A DNA stretch of 64,000 bases, taken from contig CAXXWH010000002.1 of the NCBI GenBank assembly GCA_963678145.2, forward strand, positions 1,150,063 through 1,214,062. Reading direction: 5' to 3'. Of this stretch, positions 1 to 10,074 are shown in pieces. A program made the translations under genes and the position numbers. The stretch comes from Arcobacteraceae bacterium. Its GTDB lineage: Bacteria; Campylobacterota; Campylobacteria; Campylobacterales; Arcobacteraceae. The first letter of the stretch is position 1; the number at the start of each line of letters is the position of its first letter. The notes below the pieces were generated by a model. That model had not been told where the DNA came from. It made no database searches and saw only the letters and a list, made by a program, of their open reading frames with translations.

Positions 1-252
1 TTTAAAAATAAAGAAGGACTAAACTATGGAAAAGATCGTAGAAAGAATAGATGAGATACTTTTTAAAATAGCCGACGTTATCCTGTAAAAATATCAAATT
101 TATTACAAAACTTGTAGAATTGTTAAAACTTTGTAAATTTTTTAAACAATTAAAGATGATTAAATATTTACTAAAGCAATTTTTCTATAAAATAATGAAA
201 TTTTAATTTTTGGTTGTTTATTTAAAATTACTAAAATAAAAATGGAGATTAT

Positions 253-501
253 ATGGAAGAAGTAAACTTAGTTTCTGAAGCTTTTAAGTTTATGGTTTTA
301 GGAATGGGAATTGTATTTTTATTCCTTACAATTATGGTATTTGCTTTAAAAATACAAGCAAAATTAATCGAAAAGTTTTTCCCGGAAAAAGAAGCTGAAA
401 CTTCTAACGAGTGGAAACCACAGACTACACAACAATCTGATGACAAGAATGTAATCGCAGCCATAACTGCTGCAATAATACATCATAATAATCAAAAATA
501 A
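253..501 (+). CDS. oadG: Oxaloacetate decarboxylase gamma-subunit-like small membrane protein (OadG family)
   Basis: 82 aa with one N-terminal TM helix (FKFMVLGMGIVFLFLTIMVFAL) and a polar tail, the OadG pattern. GGAG lies 5 nt upstream of the ATG. First gene of the oadG-oadA-oadB string. Confidence 0.7.
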   Translation: MEEVNLVSEAFKFMVLGMGIVFLFLTIMVFALKIQAKLIEKFFPEKEAETSNEWKPQTTQQSDDKNVIAAITAAIIHHNNQK

Positions 502-515
502 AAAGGTTAACAATA

Positions 516-2342
516 ATGTCAAAAAAATTTATTGATATAATGGATACTACTTTTAGGGACGGATTCCAGTCTGTCTTCGGGGGTAGAGTTCTTATGAACG
601 ATTTCTTTCCTGCAGTTGAAGCGGCGAAAGAAGCTGGTATCACGCATTTCGAATTTGGTGGAGGAGCAAGATTTCAATCTTTATTCTTCTACCTGCAGGA
701 AAATGCTTTCGATATGATGGATAAATTCAGAAGTATCGTGGGACCGGATGCAAATCTTCAAACACTTTCAAGAGGTATCAACACGGTAATGTTGGATACG
801 GGAAGTAGAGAACTTATCGACTTGCACGCAAAAATGTTTGCAAAACACGGTACAACAACGATCAGAAACTTTGATGCATTAAACGATATTGACAACTTGC
901 AGTTTTCTGCGCAGTGTATCAAAAACCACGGGCTGAAGCATGAAGCTGTTGTTACGATGATGGATCTTCCTCCAGGTTGTGAAGGTGCACACGATGTTCC
1001 ATTTTATGAAAAAACCCTAAGAGGTATTTTAGACAGCGGTCTTCCTTACGATTCAATCTGTTTTAAAGATGCGAGCGGTACGGCAAACCCTAATAAAGTA
1101 TACGAAACTATCAAAATGGCAAGAAAACTTGTAGGTGAAGATACACATATCAGACTTCATACACATGAGACTGCAGGTGTTTCTGTTGCATCATACCTTG
1201 CAGCTTTAGAAGCCGGTGCAGACGGTATTGACTGTGCGGCAGCTCCTGTAAGCGGAGGAACAAGCCAGCCTGATATCCTTACTATGCTTCATGCAACAAA
1301 AGGAACCAAATATGACCTTGGCGGATTAACTACAGATAAAGTTTTAGCTTACCAAGATGTATTAAAAGATTGTCTAAAAGATTACTTTATGCCACCTGAA
1401 GCTACTCAGGTAAGTCCATTGATCCCATTCTCTCCAATGCCGGGCGGTGCTTTAACAGCAAATACTCAAATGATGAGAGACAACGGTACGTTAGACAAGT
1501 TTAACGACGTTATCAAAGCTATGAGAGAAGTTGTTGAAAAAGGTGGTTACGGAACATCTGTTACTCCTGTTTCTCAATTCTACTGGCAGCAGGCATACGC
1601 AAACGTAAACTTCGGTGCTTGGAAGCAAATAGCTCCGGGTTACGGTAAGATGGTACTTGGTTATTTCGGTAAAACACCTGTTGAACCGGATCCTGAGATA
1701 GTAAAACTGGCTTCAGAAAAATTAAAACTTGAACCTACTACTAAAAACCCGCTTGATATAGCTGATGAAGATCCTAAAAAATCTATCGCAGCATGGAAAG
1801 AAAGACTGGAGATAGAAGGTATTGAAGCAACTGAAGAAAATATCTTTATAGCAGCTGCTTGTGATGAAAAAGGGATCGCTTTCCTAAAAGGTGAATCACC
1901 GTTAAATATAAGAAAAGTAGAAGAATGTGAAAACATTACCTGCGAAACTAAAAATGATAATGATAAGGGAGAAAATAAAATGGCAGACGGAAACTATACG
2001 GTAGTTGTAGACGGTAAAAAATTCAGCGTGCAGGTTGCACAAGGGGATGTTGATATTCAAGTAGCTGCACCTGCAGCGGCTGAAACACCGGCACCTGCAG
2101 CTGAAGCTGCACCTGCACCTAGTGCAGGCGGAACTGAAGTTGGAGCAACTGTAAGTGGAAATGTTTGGAAAATATTAGTAGCTGTTGGAGACAAAGTTGA
2201 AAAAGGTCAGGTTATCTCTATCCTTGAAGCTATGAAGATGGAAATCGACATTGAAGCACCTTGTGCCGGAACAATCACGGCTATACCAGTTAAACCTAAC
2301 GATGCAGTCAATGAAGGTCAAACAATAGCAGTTATAGGCTAA
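516..2342 (+). CDS. oadA: Oxaloacetate decarboxylase alpha subunit / pyruvate carboxylase subunit B-type carboxyltransferase with C-terminal biotinyl domain
   Basis: 608 aa. N-terminal carboxyltransferase TIM-barrel motif (MDTTFRDGFQS), Ala/Pro-rich linker (AAPAAAETPAPAAEAAPAPS), and C-terminal biotin attachment motif EAMKME. Confidence 0.9.
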   Translation: MSKKFIDIMDTTFRDGFQSVFGGRVLMNDFFPAVEAAKEAGITHFEFGGGARFQSLFFYLQENAFDMMDKFRSIVGPDANLQTLSRGINTVMLDTGSRELIDLHAKMFAKHGTTTIRNFDALNDIDNLQFSAQCIKNHGLKHEAVVTMMDLPPGCEGAHDVPFYEKTLRGILDSGLPYDSICFKDASGTANPNKVYETIKMARKLVGEDTHIRLHTHETAGVSVASYLAALEAGADGIDCAAAPVSGGTSQPDILTMLHATKGTKYDLGGLTTDKVLAYQDVLKDCLKDYFMPPEATQVSPLIPFSPMPGGALTANTQMMRDNGTLDKFNDVIKAMREVVEKGGYGTSVTPVSQFYWQQAYANVNFGAWKQIAPGYGKMVLGYFGKTPVEPDPEIVKLASEKLKLEPTTKNPLDIADEDPKKSIAAWKERLEIEGIEATEENIFIAAACDEKGIAFLKGESPLNIRKVEECENITCETKNDNDKGENKMADGNYTVVVDGKKFSVQVAQGDVDIQVAAPAAAETPAPAAEAAPAPSAGGTEVGATVSGNVWKILVAVGDKVEKGQVISILEAMKMEIDIEAPCAGTITAIPVKPNDAVNEGQTIAVIG

Positions 2343-2366
2343 GTGAGAAAAGCTTTGGAGAAAAAA

Positions 2367-3686
2367 ATGAACAAAAAAATCATCTCTGTTCTATTTTTGA
2401 TGCTTGTCACCCTGTTTAGTACGAATATGTACGCCTCAGGGGGACATGAAGCGGTCGAAACAGAACAAAAAGAGTACCAGCCAAAGACTCTAACTCAACT
2501 TGTCGAGTCTTTTTACGAAACTACAGGTATCAATGCCTTATTAAATCCTAATGATGATGTAATGACATCAGAACCAAATCCAGCAGACGCAAGACCAATG
2601 TCAAACTTTGAACAAACATGGGGAAGAATCATCATGTTTGCTATCGTTTTCCTATTATTTTACCTTGCTATTGCAAAAGGGTTTGAACCCCTTCTTCTGC
2701 TTCCTATTGCCTTTGGTGGTCTTTTAGCCAATGTTCCTTTGGCAAATATGGGTGGAGAACACGGTATGCTTGGTATTATCTATAATATGGGTATCGCCAA
2801 TGAATTTTTCCCGCTGCTTATTTTTATGGGTGTTGGAGCTATGACAGACTTTACTCCGCTACTTGCCAACCCTAAAACTGCACTGCTGGGAGGTGCTGCG
2901 CAATTTGGTATCTTCGGATCTTTGGTTGGTGCGGTTATGCTTGGATTCAGTTTACAAGAAGCAAGTGCTATCTCGATTATCGGAGGAGCTGATGGACCGA
3001 CGTCGATTTTCATTGCAAACAGACTTGCGCCTGAAATGCTTGGGGCTATCGCGGTTGCCGCATATTCATACATGGCACTTGTACCTGTTATTCAGCCTCC
3101 TATTATGAAGATGCTTACTACAAAAGAGGAAAGAAAGATCAAAATGCCTCCTTTAAGAAAAGTACATCCTTTAGAAAAACTTTTCTTACCTATCCTTATT
3201 CTTATGATGGCTGTACTTATCCTGCCTGAGTCTGTACCTCTTATCGGAGCATTTGCACTTGGTAACTTTGCAAAACAGTCTGGTGTTGTTGACAGATTAA
3301 GCGATACTATGCAAAACTCGCTTATAAACATTGTAACTATTTTCCTAGGATTAGGTGTAGGTTCAAAGCTTGCTGCCGATAAATTCCTGGTTCTTGATAC
3401 CATGGGTATTATGATTATAGGTCTTATCGCGTTCTCTGTTGGTACTGCGATGGGTGTGTTAATGGCCAAACTAATGAACAAATTAAGTCCGAAAGACTCT
3501 CAAATCAATCCCTTAATAGGAGCTGCCGGTGTATCTGCCGTTCCTATGTCTGCAAGGGTTGTTAGCAAAGTAGGGAGTGACGAGGACAAATCAAACATTC
3601 TGCTGATGCATGCAATGGGTCCAAACGTTGCGGGTGTAATCGGATCTGCCGTTGCGGCGGGTGTATTATTATCAATATTTAAATAG
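2367..3686 (+). CDS. oadB: Sodium ion-translocating decarboxylase beta subunit
   Basis: Polytopic membrane protein with OadB/GcdB-like sequence throughout. I prefer ATG 2367 (GGAG 7 nt upstream) to the GTG at 2343 used in the ORF track. Confidence 0.85.
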   Translation: MNKKIISVLFLMLVTLFSTNMYASGGHEAVETEQKEYQPKTLTQLVESFYETTGINALLNPNDDVMTSEPNPADARPMSNFEQTWGRIIMFAIVFLLFYLAIAKGFEPLLLLPIAFGGLLANVPLANMGGEHGMLGIIYNMGIANEFFPLLIFMGVGAMTDFTPLLANPKTALLGGAAQFGIFGSLVGAVMLGFSLQEASAISIIGGADGPTSIFIANRLAPEMLGAIAVAAYSYMALVPVIQPPIMKMLTTKEERKIKMPPLRKVHPLEKLFLPILILMMAVLILPESVPLIGAFALGNFAKQSGVVDRLSDTMQNSLINIVTIFLGLGVGSKLAADKFLVLDTMGIMIIGLIAFSVGTAMGVLMAKLMNKLSPKDSQINPLIGAAGVSAVPMSARVVSKVGSDEDKSNILLMHAMGPNVAGVIGSAVAAGVLLSIFK

Positions 3687-3695
3687 GGAAAAAAA

Positions 3696-5273
3696 ATGTT
3701 AGAAATAAAAAATTCAATTGGTTTAGAAAATGTAGGTGAGATTTACAGAAATCTCGACCTTGACACATTAATAGACCATGCGGTTGAGAACGAAGGGGCT
3801 ACTATTAGCTCTACTGGTGCATTAATGATCGATACTGGGATCTTCACGGGAAGAAGCCCAAAAGACAAATATTTTGTTAATCAAGACCCTTCGAACAAAT
3901 ATATCTCTTGGGGAGATGTTAACCAGCCTATTACAAAAGAGATCTACGATTCTCTTTTAAGTGTGGGTAAAAACCAATTAAACGGTAAAAACCTTTATGT
4001 GACTGATGTTTACTGCGGTGCGAGTGACCAAAGCAGAAAATCTATCAGATTTATAACTGAGATCGCATGGCAGTCTCACTTTATCAAAAATATGTTCCTT
4101 CTTCCTTCAGAAGAGGAGCTTGAAAACTTTGAGCCGGAGTTTACCGTTTACAATGCTTGTAAAACAACTAATCCTGACTTTAAAGCCCAAGACCTTAATT
4201 CTGAAGTTTTTGTTGCTTTTGACGTAGAAGCTAACGAAGCTGTTATCGGTGGTACCTGGTACGCAGGTGAGATGAAAAAAGGTATCTTCTCTATGATGAA
4301 CTATTGGCTTCCTTTAGAAGGGAAACTGCCAATGCACTGTTCTGCAAACGTTGGGAAAGACGGAGATACGGCATTGTTCTTCGGACTTTCGGGAACAGGT
4401 AAAACTACACTTTCAACTGATCCGCACAGAGCCCTTATCGGTGATGACGAACATGGTTGGGATAACGATGGAGTATTTAACTTCGAGGGAGGTTGTTACG
4501 CAAAAGTTATCAACCTTGATCCAAGTTCAGAACCTGAGATCTTTGCGGCAATTAAAAAAGGTGCTATCCTGGAGAACGTTGTTGCAAATGACAAAGGTGA
4601 AGTTGACTACAGCGACGGTTCTAAGACTGAGAACACCAGAGTTTCTTACCCTATTAACCATATTGAAAACATCCAGCCGGGAAGTATAGCAGGACATCCT
4701 ACTAATATTATTTTCCTAAGTGCAGATGCATTCGGTGTATTGCCTCCTGTATCCAAACTTACAAAAGAACAGGCAATGTACTACTTCCTAAGCGGATACA
4801 CTGCCAAAGTTGCAGGAACAGAAAGAGGTGTAACTGAACCTCAAGCTACGTTTAGTGCATGTTTCGGGGAAGCTTTCCTTCCTCAACACCCGACTGTTTA
4901 CGCAAAACTTTTAGGTGAAAAGATCGACAAGCACAACGTAAACGTTTACCTGGTAAATACTGGATGGACGGGAGGTGCTTACGGTACCGGATCTAGAATG
5001 AGCATTAAAAACACTAGAGCCTGCATCAACGGTATCCTTGACGGAAATATAGAATCAAGCGAATTTGAAACGCTTCCTATCTTTGACCTGTCTATCCCGA
5101 AAACTTTAGCAGGTGTTGATACTGAAGTATTAAACCCTAGAAACACTTGGGCTGACAAAGATGCATACGATGCACAGGCAAAAGAGCTGGCTTCTATGTA
5201 TGTTGAAAACTTCAAAAAATACTTAACAGATGACAGTGATTTCGACTTCACTTCTGCAGGTCCTCAACTATAG
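3696..5273 (+). CDS. pckA: Phosphoenolpyruvate carboxykinase (ATP)
   Basis: 525 aa with the ATP-PEPCK kinase-1a motif [11 protein letters not shown] and family-typical length and sequence. Starts 9 nt after oadB. Confidence 0.95.
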   Translation: MLEIKNSIGLENVGEIYRNLDLDTLIDHAVENEGATISSTGALMIDTGIFTGRSPKDKYFVNQDPSNKYISWGDVNQPITKEIYDSLLSVGKNQLNGKNLYVTDVYCGASDQSRKSIRFITEIAWQSHFIKNMFLLPSEEELENFEPEFTVYNACKTTNPDFKAQDLNSEVFVAFDVEANEAVIGGTWYAGEMKKGIFSMMNYWLPLEGKLPMHCSANVGKDGDTALFFGLSGTGKTTLSTDPHRALIGDDEHGWDNDGVFNFEGGCYAKVINLDPSSEPEIFAAIKKGAILENVVANDKGEVDYSDGSKTENTRVSYPINHIENIQPGSIAGHPTNIIFLSADAFGVLPPVSKLTKEQAMYYFLSGYTAKVAGTERGVTEPQATFSACFGEAFLPQHPTVYAKLLGEKIDKHNVNVYLVNTGWTGGAYGTGSRMSIKNTRACINGILDGNIESSEFETLPIFDLSIPKTLAGVDTEVLNPRNTWADKDAYDAQAKELASMYVENFKKYLTDDSDFDFTSAGPQL

Positions 5274-5310
5274 TATCAGCTTTAGTTACTGATCTTAACC
5301 AAAAATATTA

Positions 5311-5336
5311 AGGGAGCTTTAGGCTCCCTTTTTTTA
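5311..5336 (+). terminator. Rho-independent terminator after pckA
   Basis: Stem AGGGAGC (5311-5317) / GCTCCCT (5323-5329), 5-nt loop, followed by a T-run to 5336. Confidence 0.75.
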
Positions 5337-5368
5337 TTATTAGCTACAAACAATTAATAGGCAAACAT

Positions 5369-5857
5369 ATGACAAAAGAACAATTTTTAAAAAATATAGA
5401 GCAAAACTGCAGTGAAATAACGTTTTTAAGCGTAAAGCATATGACAGACAAAATATACAAAGATAATAAACCTTTCGACAAAGATGAAAATATCGAATTT
5501 TTCTCAAACTACAAGAACTACCATCTTTACCTGAACGATTTTGCCGCAACCATATACAGCAGATACGCTTCAAGCGTAAATAATATCTATATCGATGTGT
5601 GCGAGTACCTGGATATCTCGGTAGATAATAAATATACCCTTGAACATACAATTATGAAGCTTGAAAAACAGACACCGCAGCTGCTTTTGGGATTAACAGA
5701 TGAAGATATCCAAAAACAGACGATCATGCACTTTGACGAAAAACTGGATGCTATTGACGGGTCAAGCCATTATAATGAAAACCTTGATGAATTTAAAAGC
5801 AGAGTCGATAAACTGAAATCAAATATAAAGTTGGTAAAACAGGCATTAAACTATTAA
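5369..5857 (+). CDS. Hypothetical protein (162 aa, no recognisable domain)
   Basis: Intact ORF between the pckA terminator and mobB. Soluble, Lys/Asp/Asn-rich. No motif I recognise and only a weak RBS. Confidence 0.5.
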   Translation: MTKEQFLKNIEQNCSEITFLSVKHMTDKIYKDNKPFDKDENIEFFSNYKNYHLYLNDFAATIYSRYASSVNNIYIDVCEYLDISVDNKYTLEHTIMKLEKQTPQLLLGLTDEDIQKQTIMHFDEKLDAIDGSSHYNENLDEFKSRVDKLKSNIKLVKQALNY

Positions 5858-5913
5858 GTGCCCCTTTATCAGACTCTAGTGTTATAAAGGACTTTTTTGA
5901 TACAATTCCTTTT

Positions 5914-6417
5914 ATGAACGATAATAAAACAAGATCAGCCGTTGCCTTTACGGGAGCATCAAACAGCGGGAAAACAACACTTATTATAAAGATTTCCAAT
6001 GTTTTGCAAGAACAAGGCTATAAAGTTGCAATCATTAAACATGATCCAAAGGACAAGGCTGTTTTTGACAAAGAGGGAAAAGACAGTTACAGGTTTTCAC
6101 AAACAGGTGCCGATGTAGCTGTAGTGTCACCGAATAAAACTACAATATTTAAAAAAGAGACTTCAACAATTGAAAATATCATTCAGTCTTTCGGTGATTT
6201 TGATTTTCTACTGGTAGAGGGTCTGAAAACACTCCCTCTGCCTAGAATATGCATACAAAGAGAAAATCTACAAGAATCATACTTTCAGGTCAGTGATACT
6301 ATTGCCACGGACGGGTCTATAGAAAGATCGCTTTTCCCAAAAGGGATGCAGATACTTGATATGAATGATACGGAGCAAATTATAAACTGGATAAAAATAA
6401 ACGGGAAAAAGGTGTAA
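5914..6417 (+). CDS. mobB: Molybdopterin-guanine dinucleotide biosynthesis adaptor protein MobB
   Basis: 167 aa with P-loop [11 protein letters not shown] near the N-terminus and a later LLVEGLK motif, typical of MobB. Confidence 0.8.
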   Translation: MNDNKTRSAVAFTGASNSGKTTLIIKISNVLQEQGYKVAIIKHDPKDKAVFDKEGKDSYRFSQTGADVAVVSPNKTTIFKKETSTIENIIQSFGDFDFLLVEGLKTLPLPRICIQRENLQESYFQVSDTIATDGSIERSLFPKGMQILDMNDTEQIINWIKINGKKV

Positions 6418-6418
6418 A

Positions 6419-7261
6419 ATGGAACAAATATTAAATACTATTAAAGAAGCAAGCATTGAGATCAAAAAAACTATCGAACTTGGAGATACCGGTAAAAGTG
6501 AACAGCAGAACTCTACAGGAGACACCCAACTTAAGCTTGATATAGCGAGTGACATAATTATTGAGAATGCATTTAAAAAAATAACTGATGTAAAAAGAAT
6601 AGTAAGTGAAGAACAGGATATAATAGTTGATATCAACGAAAACGGTAAATACCTGATAGCTTATGATCCCCTTGACGGAAGCAGCCTTGTTGACGTGAAC
6701 CTTTCGGTTGGTTCTATTTACGGTATATACAAAGAGGACTTTACGGGTAAGAATATAGTTGCTTCGGTTTATGTGGTTTTCGGTCCAAGAGTAGAGATGG
6801 TAATATGTGACGGGGAGAGCGTAAAACTTTACAGACTTCACAATGATCAATTTACATATGTGCAGGATATCAAGATGGATCAAAAAGGTATACTGAACTC
6901 TCCAGGATCAACCCAGCAGTGCTGGTATCCCCATCACAGACAAATGATAGAAGATATCTTCAGTGAAGACTATACTTTAACATACAGCGGCGGGATGGTT
7001 CCAGATCTTCACCATATCCTGGTAAGAGGGGGTGGACTTTTCTCATATCCCGGAGCCAGCGACAAACCGCAGGGAAAACTTAGACAACTCTTTGAAGTAT
7101 TCCCGTTCGCCCATATATTTGAAACAGCAGGCGGTGCGGCAACTAACGGGAAAGGAAGGGTTTTAGAAATAGAAACTACTCATATCCATGATACAAGCCC
7201 CTGCTTTTTTGGAAGCAATTACGAGATAAACAAAGTAATTGAGGCTTATAAAGAGCACTAA
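6419..7261 (+). CDS. fbp: Fructose-1,6-bisphosphatase class 1 (short Campylobacterota-type)
   Basis: 280 aa with the metal-binding motif DPLDGSS and FBPase-like sequence throughout. Starts 1 nt after the mobB stop. Confidence 0.9.
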   Translation: MEQILNTIKEASIEIKKTIELGDTGKSEQQNSTGDTQLKLDIASDIIIENAFKKITDVKRIVSEEQDIIVDINENGKYLIAYDPLDGSSLVDVNLSVGSIYGIYKEDFTGKNIVASVYVVFGPRVEMVICDGESVKLYRLHNDQFTYVQDIKMDQKGILNSPGSTQQCWYPHHRQMIEDIFSEDYTLTYSGGMVPDLHHILVRGGGLFSYPGASDKPQGKLRQLFEVFPFAHIFETAGGAATNGKGRVLEIETTHIHDTSPCFFGSNYEINKVIEAYKEH

Positions 7262-7455
7262 TGGAAAAAGAAAAAGATCAATGGGACGTGAAGCTGGATC
7301 ATCAGCTTGAAATAATTTATAAATGCCAGCAGGATCATAATGTGGACTCCTGCATGAAATGTGAAAAGCTCCTGAACTGCGAGATCAGGGATAATTATAT
7401 TAAAGCTGTTTATGAGAGTATGAATAAAGGAAGCGGCGGCGGATTTGAATTTTAA
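7261..7455 (+). CDS. Small Cys-rich protein of unknown function (64 aa)
   Basis: The ATG overlaps the fbp stop (TAATG). Four Cys arranged C-X8-C-X2-C-X5-C (CQQDHNVDSCMKCEKLLNC). Gly-rich C-terminus. Confidence 0.5.
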   Translation: MEKEKDQWDVKLDHQLEIIYKCQQDHNVDSCMKCEKLLNCEIRDNYIKAVYESMNKGSGGGFEF

Positions 7456-7512
7456 ACAAATTAAATCTATACTATGATATAATAAATTATAATTTTATTC
7501 GAGGATTACTCT

Positions 7513-8334
7513 ATGAGAGACATATTATCTAAAAAAGTGGATTCATTACCACCTTTACCAAAAACAATATTGGATTTGGAAGAATTCAAAAAGTCTGCTA
7601 ACAAAGATTTAGATGAGCTTCTAGCTATTGTTGAGCAGGATCCTTTAACTGTTGCTACCCTTTTGAAAGTAGCTAATTCGGCTATGTTCGGATTTAACAA
7701 TAAGGTTGAAACAGCAAGTCGGGCTATACACCTTTTAGGTGTTAACTTTACTTTATCTATAGCTTTCGGTAGTGCCATTAAGAATGCATTTAAAACAAAC
7801 CTTGAAGCTTACGGAATAAGTGCCGACCAGTTTATGAGACTTGCTAATATCTCTTCAAATCTTTTATCGCTTTGGTACGGTAAAATCGACAATGAGACAA
7901 AAGAAGAGCTTTTATTACCTGTATTTTTACTCGAAACAGGAAGATTTGTATTATCAAGTATAGCAGCGGATGAGAATATAAAAGAAAACTTCCTTATAAA
8001 AATAAAACAGAACCCGTCAGATATACCTGCAATTGAGAAAGAGTTCTTCGGTACAACTTCAACAAAAGTTACCGCTTCGATATTCAGACACTGGAATTTA
8101 AGTGACAGTCTGATCAATATGATCGAATATACTGACGACTTCGCGGACTGTCCTGATCAATATATCAAACATGTACATATTATGAATGTTATAAAAATAA
8201 TCGCTAATGTTACTGATCCTTTAGGCGACAAATTCGTTGAAGAGGGTATGGCAAAGGCTGAACAGTTCGGTCTAGATACGAAATCTTTGGAAAAAGCTAT
8301 AGAGAAGATGCAGGATAGACTATTAGATGAGTAA
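7513..8334 (+). CDS. HDOD domain-containing signalling protein
   Basis: 273 aa with an HDOD-type N-terminal region (LPPLPKTILDLEEF...DPLTVATLLKVANSAMFG...SRAIHLLG). GAGGA RBS. Confidence 0.85.
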   Translation: MRDILSKKVDSLPPLPKTILDLEEFKKSANKDLDELLAIVEQDPLTVATLLKVANSAMFGFNNKVETASRAIHLLGVNFTLSIAFGSAIKNAFKTNLEAYGISADQFMRLANISSNLLSLWYGKIDNETKEELLLPVFLLETGRFVLSSIAADENIKENFLIKIKQNPSDIPAIEKEFFGTTSTKVTASIFRHWNLSDSLINMIEYTDDFADCPDQYIKHVHIMNVIKIIANVTDPLGDKFVEEGMAKAEQFGLDTKSLEKAIEKMQDRLLDE

Positions 8335-8346
8335 TTTCCACTCATC
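8326..8346. terminator. Possible bidirectional hairpin between convergent genes
   Basis: GATGAGT (8326-8332) / ACTCATC (8340-8346) with a 7-nt loop, in the 21-nt gap between convergent stops. No strong T-run. Confidence 0.35.
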
Positions 8347-8355
8347 TATTTAAAT

Positions 8356-8958
8356 TTATTTCTTTCTGTTTAGTCTCTCTTTAACCAGCGTTACCGCTTT
8401 TGAGAGATTCTCTTTTTTCTCTTTTTCACTCATAGAACCTTCTATAGTCCCTGATTTTACCTGTCCTGTATATATCCTGTCAACCGTTCTATCCTCATTT
8501 ACAAAATAAACAAAATATTTCAGAACATCCTGGCTTTTAACCTGCAGAAAATGTCTCATCTCTCCGTTTCTGTCATATATCCAAGGATCTTTTTGATCCC
8601 CTTTCAGCTCTATATTTTGATTATGAGCCTGCCACTTTTTGATAAACCACGGTGCATCGGAGATATTTGATACTACCGCATACCCTCCAATAGGAAGATT
8701 AAGCATATTTTTAAAGTTATTAGCCAAAGCTATTGACTCATGGTTACCTACGTAAATTACCGTATTTGGTTTTATTATACTTTTTGCCGAAAACTCCTGA
8801 TTCTCAAAACCGATAAGCTCAACCTTATCCGGCAGCTGATCCAGGGTGATCACTTTTTTTTCGATTTTTTTAGGGGGTTCAACCGTTAAATAAGTCAATC
8901 CCACCAAAAACGCTACACTTAAAAAAACAACTTTTAAAGTAGTTCCCAGTCTATTCAA
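8356..8958 (-). CDS. Membrane-anchored/exported protein of unknown function (200 aa)
   Basis: N-terminal hydrophobic anchor (LKVVFLSVAFLVGLTYL). The start overlaps the stop of the upstream FAD oxidoreductase gene by 4 nt. No domain recognised. Confidence 0.55.
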   Translation of the reverse strand: MNRLGTTLKVVFLSVAFLVGLTYLTVEPPKKIEKKVITLDQLPDKVELIGFENQEFSAKSIIKPNTVIYVGNHESIALANNFKNMLNLPIGGYAVVSNISDAPWFIKKWQAHNQNIELKGDQKDPWIYDRNGEMRHFLQVKSQDVLKYFVYFVNEDRTVDRIYTGQVKSGTIEGSMSEKEKKENLSKAVTLVKERLNRKK

Positions 8959-10073
8959 ATTTTCCCCTTTTTTGCATATCTGTTAAATAATCTGTCAACT
9001 TTGATTTCATCATCCAAAGGAGTTCCCTTTATTATATGCTCAACCAGGCAGGAAGCCAGATAAGGACCAAGTACAAACCCCCTGCCCCCTACGCCGTTCA
9101 GGACAAACATATTTTTATATCTTGTAAACCTTTCAGCCTGTACATGGGTACCGTTTCGCAGATATGGGAACTCTTTAAGCGTTTCACTGCTGTTGATCAC
9201 CTCTCCCACCATAGGAAAATAGTCCTCGCTGCAGGCTCTTGCACCTGTAAAAGATTTAACGATTTCAATATCCTCAAGTTCAATAATATCAAAAGCTTTT
9301 TCAAGAAGCTCTTTGTTGTTCTTCTCGGTATTGAGTACATCTTCCTGTTTTCTATTGTGAGTTGCACCTATGGATACACGAAATTTACCGTTTTCTACTG
9401 GAAAGCTTTTTGATACGGAGCAGGCTTTGTGATAATTATGCTCAAGCTTTGTTGATGTTTCCACATCAATCCTGTAGCCCCATACGGGTCTGATCTTCAT
9501 ATACTCTTCACCTGTCAGGTTAATACCAGCCCCCGTGCTGAGAATAAGGTTCTTGCAGCACAGGTCATTATCCAGGAACCATTTTCCATCTTTATATGAT
9601 ATTTGCTTTACTTCTTTCTTAAAAAGGGTCTCTATACCGTTCTCCTGCTCCAAGAAACTAACAGTCATCATTTTACAGACCCCGAACGAATTTACAACGG
9701 TTCCTATCTTGAAATAGTAACCTTTTTCATCCTCTTTATAAGGGAAATCCATATAAGGCCTATATGATTCAAACTTCTGTTTATCTGTGTCATTCTGGGG
9801 AATTCTCGTAGTTCCGCAGTTATCTATAACATTTGGAAAGTTCTTCTTATAAAGTTTAGTTGAGAATTTAAGCGATCTAGTTACCAGGTCTTTAAAGGGA
9901 TTAGGCTTGCCAAGCAGAGGCGATAAAAAAGCTCCCGCCGCACCTGAGGCACCGGAAGCTATATTTGGTAATTTGTCTATTAAGAGTATACTTTTTGAGT
10001 GTTTTGAAAGCTCATAGGCAACACTGCAGCCGCAGATCCCTGCGCCAACTATTATATACTCATACTCTTTCAT
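8955..10073 (-). CDS. FAD-dependent oxidoreductase (DAO family; MnmC oxidase-domain-like)
   Basis: 372 aa with an N-terminal dinucleotide-binding motif (IVGAGICGCSVAYEL). Begins 1 nt after the glyS stop. Confidence 0.8.
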   Translation of the reverse strand: MKEYEYIIVGAGICGCSVAYELSKHSKSILLIDKLPNIASGASGAAGAFLSPLLGKPNPFKDLVTRSLKFSTKLYKKNFPNVIDNCGTTRIPQNDTDKQKFESYRPYMDFPYKEDEKGYYFKIGTVVNSFGVCKMMTVSFLEQENGIETLFKKEVKQISYKDGKWFLDNDLCCKNLILSTGAGINLTGEEYMKIRPVWGYRIDVETSTKLEHNYHKACSVSKSFPVENGKFRVSIGATHNRKQEDVLNTEKNNKELLEKAFDIIELEDIEIVKSFTGARACSEDYFPMVGEVINSSETLKEFPYLRNGTHVQAERFTRYKNMFVLNGVGGRGFVLGPYLASCLVEHIIKGTPLDDEIKVDRLFNRYAKKGKI

Positions 10074-10074
10074 T

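Noticed and set aside
26-88. 20-aa ORF (MEKIVERIDEILFKIADVIL) with an AAGGA RBS at the very start of the window
   Set aside because: It is too short and lacks context, because the upstream sequence is missing. It could be a leader peptide or chance, so I did not report it as a feature.
89-252. Direct and inverted repeats (AAAACTTGTAGAATT / AAAACTTTGTAAATT; AATTGTT...AACAATT) upstream of oadG
   Set aside because: They are short and imperfect, and the region is extremely AT-rich, so such matches are expected by chance. They might be a regulator site, but I cannot support that.
2343-2366. Upstream alternative starts given in the ORF track (GTG 2343 for oadB, TTG 33215 for ask, ATG 46491 for the second MCP, ATG 30391 for slyD, 12780 for the BFD-like gene)
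   Set aside because: In each case a downstream ATG has a much better Shine-Dalgarno sequence at correct spacing and gives the family-typical N-terminus. The upstream starts remain possible but are less likely.
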